Of a DNA stretch of 64,000 nucleotides, positions 38,761 through 51,266 are shown in pieces. The position numbers and the translations under genes are program-made. This DNA is from Monocercomonoides exilis PA203 (Eukaryota; Protista; Preaxostyla), in NCBI GenBank assembly GCA_001643675.2, contig LSRY02000009.1, positions 1,178,001 to 1,242,000 of the forward strand, read 5' to 3'. The notes beneath the pieces are model-generated. The model did not search any database and was not told the origin of the DNA. It worked only from the letters and a program-made list of their open reading frames with translations. How positions within the stretch are numbered: position 1 is the stretch's first letter; every line of letters begins with the position of its first letter.

Positions 38761-40599
38761 AATTCACTTCTGCAACTTTCTCTTTCGATGAATTCGAAGT
38801 GGAATTCTTCAATTGCGAATCAGAATTCTTCATCGTCTTCTTCCATTAATGGTGTTAGTGCAAGTTCAGAAGTTAATCAAATCTTTTCTTATCATCGTTT
38901 CCCTTCAGCCCGTCGTTCATCTTCTGTGAATGGTACTTCTTCTTCCTCTTCTGTTGTTTTTTCCAACTTTAACTCAGGCAACATTGACGACCACTCCCCC
39001 ATCGCCTAGCTCTCCACACAGCACTCTCAACTTTGGAAAAATCAAAGGGATTCCTTCTTCTTATCCTGTGCCTTCTCGATCTTCCTCTTCCTCCTCGCTG
39101 GCAATTGCCCCGAATCAACCAAGCATCCGCAAGCAGCCACCGAGAGTGAGTGTCATTGAGCGCATGACGAAATCTCGGGGCATTCAAATAGCCACCAGAC
39201 TTAAGTGGATCCGGACTGTCCTGGAAAAAGCAAGAAACGAAGAGAACTAGTTTCTGTTGGCGCTGGCAAGGCAGCCTGTTGAACAGCTTTCAGCAGCTGC
39301 TGTGTTAACACTGCAATTGCGAAAAATGGTCGGCAGCATTCTGCTTAATGAAACAACGAAGCAGGCGCTTGATGTGGCATTCCAGGCAAAAGCAGAGTGG
39401 AAGGTCAGGATTTTGCAGAAGGAGAAGGAGAGAAAAGCGTTTGGGATGAACAACCTCACTCCAACGACGTCCGCCATGAAAGGAACTCCAAGAGAGTACA
39501 AAGGGAACTTGGGTCCGCTGAGAGAGTCGCGAAGCAGCAGTGCTGGAGGAAGGAGGATGACTGATGCAGAAGAAGTGATCGGAGTGAATGTGTCTCTTCC
39601 TCCCTTGTTGAATCCGTCTTCTGGCTCTTCTTCTGGTTCTGGTTCACTTTCAGTTCCATTGTATTCTCTGCAGGGAATAGTGCAACAGTGGTTTATGCAA
39701 TCACAGGAGATTCAGGGAATTCAATGGCTTATTTCAACTTGAGAAATGAATAAGAATTACTACGTATTTCGTCTGCAACCTTTGGGGATGCAGAGTTAAA
39801 TGAAGGGGAAGAGTGCATGAAGGGCGGATGCCATCGAAGGAGAAGTTTTGTCTGTTGGATGGGCTGCAGAATTTGGATGGAAACGATTTGGACAGAGGGA
39901 TGAGGGGAATGCTGGGCTAAGGAGACGAAGATTGTGAATGGAACGGCTGTTTCAGAGAGCCATATCAGTAGATATTTTTGAGAGTGTCATTCAAAAATAG
40001 CTCGACTATCCGATTTTCGGAGCTGCATAAAGCTTCTCTTCTTTTAAAAGTGTTTCCATTTCAGCCACTGCTCAGTGCAAACAGTAATGGAGCTATTTCT
40101 TCTGTTTCTGCTTCATTGTCATCTTCAGTTATCACTTCTTTATCCTCATCTTGCTCCGCTGTTGCATGCATTTCTGGTTCGTTATTCTCTTCTCGTCCTT
40201 CTTTTCTCCTTTTTCACTAAATATTTATCATCACAAAAATTTCTTCAATTCTTTTGACCACATTTCCTTTCAAAATATATTATAAGATCAAGAACTTCGT
40301 TTTCTTTCACTTTGCTCATCTGTCTTCCCTCTTTTCTTTCTTTTCCATTTTTTCTCTTTCTAATTTTTGTTTCTGCTTTATTTCTTGACAAATGCTCTTT
40401 TTCTTCATTTTCCTCTTTATCCCCGATTCCGATGATGAATGCAAAGTGATCCAATCAATTGAAGCAATGATGATGATGATGGGGATGGGGATGAATTCGT
40501 GTGATACGATGTCGATGAATTTGAAGAAGAAGATGATGATGAATGAATAGAACGAGTTGATTAATTGTTGGAAATAAAGAAGATAAGTGTCTATTTGCA

Positions 40600-41560
40600 T
40601 CAACTGAGAAATTCATTGAAATTCTCTTCTTTTATTTCTTTAATGTTCTTCTGGTGAGCAGCATCCACTGAATCTTTCACGCATTCAGTTTGAATTTCTT
40701 TCTTTCAAACATAAAAATGAAAGAATTTAGCATTTTTTCATTTCTCCTTTCAAATTCCATCTCTTCAACATTCAATTCCCCTTTTTTCACAAAAAATCAT
40801 CTTTCCTCAAAAATAATTCTTCGCCAAAGGTTGATTCCAGGCATCTTCATAATATCTCGCATTTCATCTGTCTGTCTGTATTTTTCCTTTCCTGCTTTTC
40901 TTTTTCTTCTTCAAAGCCAGCTAATCCCTCGCTGTTTCAACATCCTGAATGAAAAAAATAATAATCACTTCAAAAATATTCAACAAACCTTCTAAACATT
41001 TTTAAAGGCAATGTCTATATTTAATCCTATTGGCAACTGTTTTCTTCAATTCAATTTCATAATTCCTTCCTTTTTCAAGTGTTTCATCATCTGATTCTCC
41101 AATCATCCTTTACATCAGTTGTTTCTCCATCAAGTGCATCGATTTCTTGCTCTTCTGAAAAATGTGAAATTCATGCATTCTGCTCAAATTCCATCTTTCT
41201 CATTGAAAAATATTCTGTTTTTTCGTTGGAAAATATCATCTCCAATTCCCTTCCAAATCCCTTCATCCTGGGCACTTTCCATATGAATTCGCTGTCCGAT
41301 CTTGATAGTCGGACTGAATAACAAGAAATAGTGCTTTTATTCATTTTCGATCATTTCTATCTGCTGCTCTGAAATCAGTGCAAAAGCTGTAAACAACCAG
41401 ATATTCGTATAAAGAAAAATAAACAAATAACAAACCTTCTTCTCTATTTAAAACAGAAAATCCTTCTTCAGCGCCTTATGTGTCCACTAAATTTTTGTTT
41501 ATCCAAGGAATACTGCTTATTTGAAATGCGTAGCTCTATTTCTTCAATAGTTAAAAAATT
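40600..41560 (-). pseudogene. Intron-containing host gene fragment inside the hAT element
   Basis: Coding-like minus-strand segments separated by AG|GTTTGTT donors (reverse complement AACAAACCTTCT near 40982 and 41428), with many stops. Confidence 0.4.
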
Positions 41561-42052
41561 AGAACAAAAAGAGAAATAGAAATCATTCCAATTCTTAAAG
41601 ATACTATCTCAAACTTACATAGAAAAATTGCGTTTCATGACTGAAATAAATGGTATTATTTCTTTTTCATTAACAACAAAAATAAAAATTTAAGCAAACA
41701 TGTCAATATCCATTTCTTTTTCATATTGAAGTTCAATATATTCAGAATATATGGGTCAAGCAATTTATCAAAAAATAATAAACAAATCAAAAATTTTCCA
41801 AAAAATTGTAAAGCCCAATTGCTGATCTTTGATTTTTTATAATTTTTTAAAAATTGTTATGGAACAAAAAAATTAAAAAATTTGAAAATGCATTAATATA
41901 TGATAAATAATATTTTTTAAATGAATGCTTTTTTAGAAATTTTTTGCATTGGACTCCAAAAAACAAACGAATTTGAAATTTTTAAATACTGACGTGAAAA
42001 AACTCCAGTGACGGACGTGAAGGGAAAATCTTCTTCACGTCACTCAGGTTTT

Positions 42053-42800
42053 GATTTGAGTGAAAAGAAAATATATTGATTGGTTATCAAAACCGTTAAT
42101 GATGACAAGAGAATTGAGAGCTGCAAATAACGGCAAATAAGTTAACTCAGAATCAAGTGACAAAGAACCTGTATCATTATGTATTTCAACATCTTTGAGT
42201 CCATCAACAAAAGCAAGAGCGAGAGTTGGAGACATATCAGCGACACCATCTTGTGTGAGAAGATTGTGTGGTTCAGCTGCCATTGTCGCTGATGTATTCT
42301 CTGTTTTGAGGTCAATTCCGAAGATGTCAAGAACACTCTCAAGTGATGAAAGATCTGTGAGCTGTCTGTAATTGTTGAGGTGAATGTATTTGGTGATGAT
42401 TTTCTTGAGATCTTTCATCTCTCTGTATGAAGAGTCAGCATGAACAACAAGCCTCTGTTTTCCATCTCCAATACCCACAATGATGTCGATATAGTACTCT
42501 GGACTCGTGAAAACTTTGGTTTGTGACGAATATTTAAGGGGATAACAACACGGCTCATAATAAATGTGAAGACCTCCATGAGCTGTTTGTACAAGTCCGA
42601 TATTTCGGGGTAGTTTCTCGAGAATTGAATTCCTGATGGTTTTCGTTTGTTCAGCTTGAAGGGATTTGTTGATATCAACATCAACTACATAAAGATCCTC
42701 ACATTTGCTGATATCGATGTCTGTTCCTGTGTACCATTAGCCCCACTTCTTGTCAGGAGATGGGTCATTCTTTTTGAAAAATTGCACATGTTCAATGAAT
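42053..42800 (-). pseudogene. N-terminal half of the primase-helicase: Prim-Pol (AEP superfamily) domain
   Basis: DLYVVDVD (DxD at 42682-42674) and GLVQTAHGGLHIYY (motif II His), then a frameshift into ORF 42044-42478, which reads ...FLFTQI up to the TSD. Confidence 0.82.
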
Positions 42801-43591
42801 GCAATTAATAAATTTGAAACTTTTTTTGAAATTTTTGGAACAGATCCATCAAAATACCATCATTAGGCTAATTCGAATATTCAAACCTATTTGATGTGAG
42901 AATCAGTGCATTGTGGAGTAATATGATGGATTTGCTTCAAAAAAAGATAAATAATGATTCAATTTTGTTTAGTGCAGTTTAAAAACAATTGCGAATTTTC
43001 AAAAATTATGACCCATATTTGTCTAATTTTTTTTGAAAAGTTCCTATTGTTTAATTTTCATAAAAAATTTTTTTTCATATTTCAATCAAATTTCTGTTCC
43101 CACTCACTGAACTGCACCAAAATAATAATATTATTATTATCAAGATTTTGTTTTCACGACTGTTAAATTTTGTGACTGAAAACAGAAACTTGATTGAAAT
43201 TTGAAATTTTTATTTTATTTGAAAACAAAACAAGAGGAACTTTTCAAAAAAATATAATGTTATAATATTTTTTAAAACAGGTTTCTAGCAAAATTACCAT
43301 CAATGAACAACTGTGAAAAGAAAAAGAACATTTCTCGATTTTCAAGAAATTTGCTGGGGGCGCGTTAAGCACCGATGGTATAAAAAGAATCATGAAAGGA
43401 AAACAAAACAAAATAAAATAAAAAGTTTTCAAAAAAAGATGTGTGTTTGATTGATTAATTAATCTCTCACAAACAGTGAAAAAAGGAAGGAATATAAATA
43501 CGGCAATCACTTATTGAATTTAAAAAAAGATAAATACAAGCATAACTGACTGTTATTTTGAAAAATTACAAAACATAGCATAACAATTAAT

Positions 43592-44479
43592 CTAGATAAC
43601 ATCAACTTCCGGGAATTTCACCTTTCCTCTTGTTCCAGAAAAAAATTTGACGAGTGGATACTGCTGTACTTCTGGATCATTTCCCCATCTATCCGCAACA
43701 CACTTTGCTTCCCATTTGCATGATTCGTACAGCTTATAATAAGTATCTTCTGATCTTTTAAGAATGGCATTTGGCTTTCCTTTGTAATCGCGCTGGACAA
43801 CTGTTTGCATACACACGTATGATGCTAAATACGTTCTAATGCGTTCACGCTTTGTGTCTGTCGCAGGCACGTAAATGGCCGGGCTTTTCAACACTATTCC
43901 TTCTTTAATGCGGTCTTTTATGTAACGCTTTCCTCCCACTGACAACATGTATTTGAACTCTTCAAACGCTTTTCCAACAATCGGGCTCCTCTTCGGCGCT
44001 ATCAAAAATCCCATCTCAATGTGATACGCGGGGTGCCACCAACTGTTGAACGCAAATAATTCTGCCTTTGCTTCTGTTATTTCCCGATAGCTCTCCTCCA
44101 AAAATGTTTCATTGCAAACATATATTGTCGCATCCATCCATATGCCCCCGTAATCGTAAAGCGTTTTAAGCCGATAATAGTCGGCTTTGTTCGCGCTTGG
44201 AAGATTCTTCATTTTGTATTCAATCTCATCTCTTTCCATGTAAAAATGAAGCGTCGAGTCCGTGATGAATATGAGAGTGAAATCCTTGACTTTTTCCTTC
44301 AAGTTGTGCAAAAGATAGCGCACTTCTCGATTCAATTTGCCTTCCCAATAAAGCCAGATGATTTTTGGAACTTCATACGAGTCGTCATCCTGAGCATGCG
44401 CATCTGTTTTCATGGCATATCCTTCCTCAACCAGTGCAGCTACAGAACAGAAAAAAGGAATAAACAACAGCAGGCACAT
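43592..44479 (-). CDS. DxD-type glycosyltransferase (GT32 / capsular polysaccharide synthesis protein-like) with signal peptide
   Basis: VPKIIWLYW and ADYYRLKTLYDYGGIWMDAT motifs. Hydrophobic N-terminus MCLLLFIPFFCSVAA from ATG 44479. Intact and intronless. Confidence 0.85.
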   Translation of the reverse strand: MCLLLFIPFFCSVAALVEEGYAMKTDAHAQDDDSYEVPKIIWLYWEGKLNREVRYLLHNLKEKVKDFTLIFITDSTLHFYMERDEIEYKMKNLPSANKADYYRLKTLYDYGGIWMDATIYVCNETFLEESYREITEAKAELFAFNSWWHPAYHIEMGFLIAPKRSPIVGKAFEEFKYMLSVGGKRYIKDRIKEGIVLKSPAIYVPATDTKRERIRTYLASYVCMQTVVQRDYKGKPNAILKRSEDTYYKLYESCKWEAKCVADRWGNDPEVQQYPLVKFFSGTRGKVKFPEVDVI

Positions 44480-47400
44480 CCAAGAAAACGCTGTTATTTG
44501 AAATAAAATTGAAAATGTGTTCAAATTTATGCATTTAATAAAAGCATTGACAAAATCACATATCAATCTGACAGGACAAAATGAAACAAAGCACACTTCC
44601 CAAGCAGCTGGGGCTGAAGATTTCGAGAACGATTTTATTTGATCTCATGCATAACTTGCTCCAAAATCAAAATTTCAAAAACTTCTTTTGATCGACAAAC
44701 ATATGTATGTGGAAAACCCAAAAATGAAAATGGCTCATTTATTTATTAAGAACAAAAGATCATCAAAAGAGAAAGAAAAATTATGTGTCAAATCAGAAAA
44801 AAATTGATTTTCAACAATTCCACACAAACAGAAGCTTTTGTGGAAATGCCAAGTTGAAACAGAAAAATAAGCGATATTCCAAGCATGATGAGCAAACCTC
44901 GCTCGAAGGCACAAAAAGCAGAATTTCTGCCAAATGTGAAAATGTGCATTCGAATTCGAGAATAAATCGTCCCAGTTGCAGAACTTGTCTCGCATCGCAC
45001 ATCAAATTCTTCCAAAGCACTGCTCCATCTGGAAGCATTCATTTCCGATGGGTCTGATTTTTCAGGCAGAATGTATTGTTGCAGATTCAAAAGGGAATCC
45101 ATCAAAAGAGGAGAAGCCCAAAGACGAGATTTGTCGTTCATCTGACTTCTTTCCCTTTGCTCTTCAAGCGAGCAGAAATGGATTTTGACGATGGTTGTTT
45201 CTGTCATTGGCTTGAAGTGATTGGCTTCAACAGCAATTTCATGAGGCCAAACGTTCAAAGAATCTTCCAAGAAATGATTATTGAGATTGACATTTTAATT
45301 AACAAAGCTATCTGGAACGAATGAGAAATCGGAATTTCTCGAATTTCTTCTTCGTCTTCTTCGTCATTGATGTCTTCTTCGTCTTCTTCGTCTTCTTTGC
45401 CTTTGAGGTTCATGAAGCGAATTTCAAGCATCTCTTTCGCGGATCAATCAAACCCCATCAGATTGTGTTTTGGCAGCATCATTTCCTTCAAAATCGCAAA
45501 ATGTGTTGGGAGCATCATTGGAGCCAGCAAACATGTTGAATTTGAACCCGATCATTCGAAGCGAATTGCTAGCCAAGATATGATGCAAGCACGCAGACGT
45601 CTTGAGCGTTGATGATGATGAAGGGAAATATGTTTGAAGAGCGATAAAAGAAAGAAAGAAAAAGTTGATGAGTTTTTTTTGCCAGCTATTTGTATTGCTC
45701 GAATTAATTGTATCTTCTTTGCCTTCTTCGTAATCATCTTCGCCTTCGCGTTGTTCACCAACCACTTCAAAATCTTGTTCTTCCAAAAAATCAGCTTCTT
45801 CGGTTTCTTCATCTTCATCATTTTCTTTGTCTTCTTTTCCTTCTTCAGCATCTTCGGCTTCAGCTTCAACTTCATTCAGATTCGCATTAACATTCTGATC
45901 TTCAAATAGCTTTCTTGATCTTTCACTTCAGTTGTCGAGCAACAAATCCTTGTTTGTTTGGAAAGTGCCTTTCTTTCGAATCCGTCACTTTTATTGACAA
46001 TGTTTCCAGTGAATATATTTTCATTTCCCTTTTCCAAAAAAGTTATTTGTTTTCATAATTGTTTTCGATGTGAAAGTTCTTCTCCAATTCTCAAAAATGC
46101 AACAATGATGAAGCAATATCACCATCATCATGATCGTTAAAATTCACTTCAATTCAATCTGGAAATTGTGTTTGTTTCCTTTCCCCAGCATTTCTTCTTC
46201 ATTTTTCGTCATCTGTCTCCTCTTTCCTTTCACTCAAATTCAATCTTGGAGATTGCAATATATCGGAAAAACAATGGCTTTTCACACAGACATTTCGTCA
46301 TCTGCAAGTTCCTTTGCTTTCAAAAGGCTTCTTCGACATTTGTCTGCCTCTTTCTCTTTCCAGAAAATATGTTTTCAAAATGACACAATCATTTCATTCC
46401 GTTTTCATTTCATCCCTCCAGCAATGAATGCAACTGAACTTGGTTGAAGAATTCCAACATTAAATCTCCTTGTTTCCTTGTGCCAAGGGGAAATGAAAGG
46501 CTCATTCATTCGGCGCGAACTTTGAGCAAAGCCATCTGAGGGAGAAAAGAAGAAAGCAACTGAATCAGCTTCGCACTTTTGAAAAATTCTATCTAGAATG
46601 TGAAATAAACGAAGTGAATTGGTTGTTTTATTTATTGTGAAAACATAAAAAGGAAATAATTATGAAGACAATTTCTGTGTTGATAAAGAGGAAAAAGAGG
46701 AAGAATGAAGAAGATAATGAAGTAGGGAAATTGATGGAAAAGATGAAAATGGCTATGGTGATGATTGTGATGAAAATTGAAAATGAAGGAAACCTTTTCG
46801 GTTAAAAATGAATCGTTTCCTTGCATTTTCAATTCATATTACAACTCTTCTGTTTCTAATATAAAAGCTTTATTTGAGCTAACTCAATGGCTTCCACCAT
46901 CTTCTCCTTTTGTCATGCTTTTTTTATGGAAGTGTTCTATAAGTAATTGATGGACATTTCACAGTCTGAATCTTTCCTAATTGAATCTGCTCCGAAAACT
47001 TATTGATCATGGAGAGGAAATTCACTGATTGGGATAACATGTATGCAATTCCTTAAAAAAAAAAAGCATCTTCAAATTAGAAATCTGCATGCAAATGCTT
47101 TAAACTTTCTTCCTCTTTCACAATAACAATGGGCAAATGCATACTTAACGGCAATTTTCAAAACAATGAAAAAACAGTTTATAAATATAAAGGAAGTTAT
47201 TTAGTGTAAACCTCCTCATCACCACACCAATGACGAGCTTTTTTAACATGAGTGACTGACAAATTGATAATCACTTTATCACTTTTTTATTTGATCTAAT
47301 GTTTTTTTTCTGCTTCTTAATCCATTCAGAAAATAAAAATTTGATATCTTTTTTCATAAATATTTATTTTAAATTTGAAAAAAAAGTCTTTTTTCCAAAC

Positions 47401-48451
47401 TTGCACTTCAATTTTAAATTTTGGATAAGAATTTTGATCAAGTCAGTTAATGATTTTTATGATCGTCACTTTTTCAGATCTTTTGTAACTTTCCTAAAAT
47501 TTGTCACTTTCGTTACTGTCAAGTCACTTGTCAATTCTTATTGCCAAACATAATATTGGTTTCTCGGATTCGATAAATGGAGGTTTTTTGAGCATTGATG
47601 AGATAATTATGGTATTTTCGTCATAGGTGTCTAAATTTTTTTTGAAAAGTTCCACGACTTTAATTTAGTCCCACAAAAGATCAAAAATGAACAATATATA
47701 TTGATCATTCCGTACCCATTCTAGTTTGAAAATGTTATTTGTTGTTATTTATTTCTCTTTTAATTGAAAAATAGGATACAAAATTGTTCATATCATATAA
47801 ACTTTTAACTTTATTATGAAATACACACTTGTTAGCAACTGCTATCGAGCTATTTGAATCAAGTGAATTGCATGTTTTTATTTCTTCATTTTCATTTCAT
47901 CTTTTCGAATATTCTTTATGATTTTATGAACAGGAGCTGAGATTTTTTTATTTTCCTTTTTGAAAGATAAATAATATTTGATTTGCTTGAATAATTGAAT
48001 TTTTTTAAGAAATTTTCAAACAAGAAAAATGCATCAAAACTACACTCGTAACAATCGAAAGCTATTCGAAAAGTTGAATGTATTGAGCGATAATAAATGT
48101 TATCATCCAGATATGCAACATGAAATGTTATTATTCAAAACAAATCTTTATTGTTGCAAACTCAAAAATACAATCTCTTCTCTTATAAAGATTCAAAAAG
48201 TTTGTATCAAACTTCTTGTTTTCATATCAGCACGTGTTGTTTTCTTCGTCTATTTCACAGTTCTGGAAGCGGAGAAGAGAAGAGAAGAAGGCTGGATGGG
48301 ACAAGCAGCCAGTATGCTCTTCATCTTCATATACATCATCAGCGCTTGCAATTGATTCTTTATGTGCATCTGTAGTGGAGGCATTATTCACGTTGGAAGC
48401 ATCGATGGACGACATCCAAAGGCGGCTGCGGATTGTGGTTTCAGATACGAC

Positions 48452-48509
48452 TAGCCCTGGGTGACGTGAGGTTAAAAATTCGTCACGTCCGTTACCACTT
48501 TTCCACTTC

Positions 48510-48547
<38 letters not shown>

Positions 48548-51159
48548 CATTGGCTGTTGTTTTAATAATTTGCCTATTTTTTTTGCTGAATTCGGATAGA
48601 TTTTTTTGTAATATATCAAAGATATTTTATTTCTAAAATCCCATTTTTATATAATTTAAAAATGGAGCTTTCTTTGTATCAAAATCAAATTAGAAATTCA
48701 TGTGCATAAGATGATGGTTTGAGTGCAGACTTTTCGTTACTTTTTATAGTTATTCTTTCGCCTGGAATAGTTGTGCCAAAGCATATGCTTATCCAATATT
48801 TATATGAAAACATCATTGTTTTCTGAATACAATGCAATTTCAAAGAAATGAGTGTAGAACATCTGTTGTAAATATGCTGGTTTGCAGATAATATTGTGCT
48901 TAATTTTTTCATTTCAATTTTTTTTCCAATTTTTACATCAAAGAATTGGTGGCTAAAGTGGAACGGTGCGAAAATAAAGATCAAAAACAGAAAATCGAAA
49001 AAATGAATGAAGAATAATTTGGATCAATTTTCAAGAGAGAAATGGCGATGGAATTGATGATATGATAGGAGTAAAGAAAGTTACGATGGAAAATGCATTT
49101 TTGCTGTTAAAGTGTGTTGGATATAATTTAATAATTATATTTATTTTAACAGCTTTTTTTTAATGAATCTTCGTTATGTTAAAAAGATTTGAGAAGATAA
49201 TTATTGATGAAAATGAGAAAAAAGAAGAAAAGAATGAAAGATTTATATTTGGCCTATGCAAATGCTTCATAATGCCTCACAGTTATTAAAATATCTGTTA
49301 GGAATTGCTTTCGATACGTGTGTCTTGACTTTTGATAACAGCTTTGAACAATGATGAAAGCGAAGAACCATTGAAAGAAGAAAAAATGGTCTTATTAGCT
49401 TTGAATTGCAATAATGGATATAAGTTTGTTCATTTTCTCCTTCTTTTTTGTGATTTTGTATTTTTCTTGTATTTTTTCAACAGAAAATTGAAAAAGAAGT
49501 TTTCCTGGATGAAATCAAAGAAATCGTCAGATATCACCAGCGACATCATAATCTGACATGGCTTGAGCATCAGTCTTCTTGGAGGATTTTGTTTGAAGGA
49601 TTTTGTATTGATCAAAGCCTTGAAGGAGTGATTGTGAATGAATCACATTTCACAATAGATGAAGCAAAAAATTGAAAGAGCTGATGGAAAAGCATATTGG
49701 AGGAGAGAAAAAGAAGAGAAAAATGGTAGAAAAGAAGTGAAAGAAAAACAAGTTTTATTGAAATAGCTCCGAACGTTGGAGCTCTATTTTCTCTTTTTCC
49801 AATTGTGGAACGAAGAACTTGCTGGACTCATCAGCAGCATTGTGAATGTATTTCGAGCAGCGAAGGATAATAACAAAGGAATAAGATAACGATTAATTTT
49901 TTTAATCAGAGTAGCAGCAAAATATTGATATGTGAAAATTGATACTTTTGCAAATGAAGGCACTATTAATCTATTTACGGAGGAAATGAATCAAATAATT
50001 TTGAAAGATGAAACTTGTTTGAAGTTATTTGAATATCTTACTGAATTTTTCAAGGAAATTGAAAAAAGCTGATGAAGAAGTGAAAAAAGACAAAGAAAAG
50101 CGAAGTGTTTGAAAAGATGGAAGAAGAAGGATATGAAGATATCATCTCATGCTTTCATATACTTCTTGATTTTCTTTTCAGAAAGTTTAATTGTTTTTTG
50201 ATTTTGAAATTCTATGATTATTTAGTGAATTATTGAGAAATTGCTTTGAGTCTAATAACTCAAAAATGATATTTTTCCATTTTCATTATTTCGTCAAAAT
50301 AGAAAGCAATCATTTTCTTCTTTAATAGCGATTGTATTTCATTATTTCAAAAAAAAAGTGAAACGGTGATAATAAAACAAAGTTGAAAATGCTTTTTATG
50401 AATGAATAACTTTCTTATTTTCATTGACTCTTCAGAGACATTTTCCTAAAATGAATTGAAACATTTATCTTCTTTAAATTGTTCTATTTTGTATTATTCC
50501 TTTCATTATTATTATTCTCCTGATGGCTCAACTTCTTCAATAGCAATTTCAACACACCCTGATTGAAAACCTTCGCCCACTGTGCCCACAAACATAAATT
50601 TTATTCTCTTCATAAATGCAATTGTGAATCTTATTGGTGTTCTTGGTATTAAAAAAGTAATTTTTTTTCTGTAACGTCACACATGGTTACGAATGAGTGC
50701 AAAAAATAGTAGAAAGATGGTTTTTGATATTAATAAGTTTCGTCTTTTTCCGATGAAAATTGTCGTATCACACGAAGCGAAAAATTTGATGAGTTGATCA
50801 AACAAAGAACTATTCAACAACTAAATAGTCGAATTCACAACTTCGAACAATCATCTATTTATTAATCAATCAATGAGCATTCTTCAGAATCATTTTGAGA
50901 TTTGTATTCAGTTCTTTTATAAAAAATAAGAGAATTTCCAATATTAATTAAAATTGTCATGGTTGTGTGAATTGAAAATAATTAAAGCTATCAAATAAGA
51001 AATTTAGCTGGTTTGTTTTGATCTTCTGCTCCTTTTTATACTTCATTTATTTCATGACTGCATGTGACGTCAAAAGTCACTGACGTCAGTGACGCGTCAA
51101 AATTCCGATTTCCGCTTTTGCGTCAGTGAAAATTGAATAATAATAATTATTATTTGTAA

Positions 51160-51190
<31 letters not shown>

Positions 51191-51266
51191 GTGACGTGGA
51201 AAAATCTGTCACGTCCGTCAAAAATCGAAAAGGTCACGTCAGAAGTCACCACGTCACCCAGGGCTA
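48452..51266 (-). mobile_element. Non-autonomous hAT element, 2,815 bp, 8-bp TSD GATACGAC, related to 30370-42052
   Basis: Perfect 17-bp TIRs TAGCCCTGGGTGACGTG (48452-68) and CACGTCACCCAGGGCTA (51250-66). TSD at 48444-51 and 51267-74. The 51266 end aligns over ~60 bp with the 30370 end. Confidence 0.95.
49000..50235 (+). pseudogene. Decayed member of an expanded host family (..KEEKNE..LCxC...EE..KE.xM.LLAL..; FEKMEEEGYEDII) inside the hAT element
   Basis: Paralogous to 62930-63430, including a shared intron position (GT...AG at ~49425-49483). Many stops. Confidence 0.65.

Larger units (their letters stand above)
30370..42052 (+). mobile_element. hAT transposon, 11,683 bp, with 8-bp TSD GATTTGAG
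   Basis: TSD at 30362-30369 and 42053-42060. 17-bp TIRs TAAACCTGAATGACGTG and CACGTCACTCAGGTTTT (15/17). Clustered TGACGT subterminal motifs at both ends, and an internal hAT transposase. Confidence 0.92.

Noticed and set aside
44735-47200. Possible transposase or gene remnant on the minus strand
   Set aside because: Coding-like texture but no diagnostic motif could be assembled.
47245-47535. Small MITE with AGTGACT...AGTCACT ends
   Set aside because: The inverted match is only ~11 bp with a gap and there is no TSD.
48511-48546. A36 tract as a retroposon tail
   Set aside because: No upstream retro-body or flanking TSD; it lies inside the hAT subterminal region and is probably slippage.
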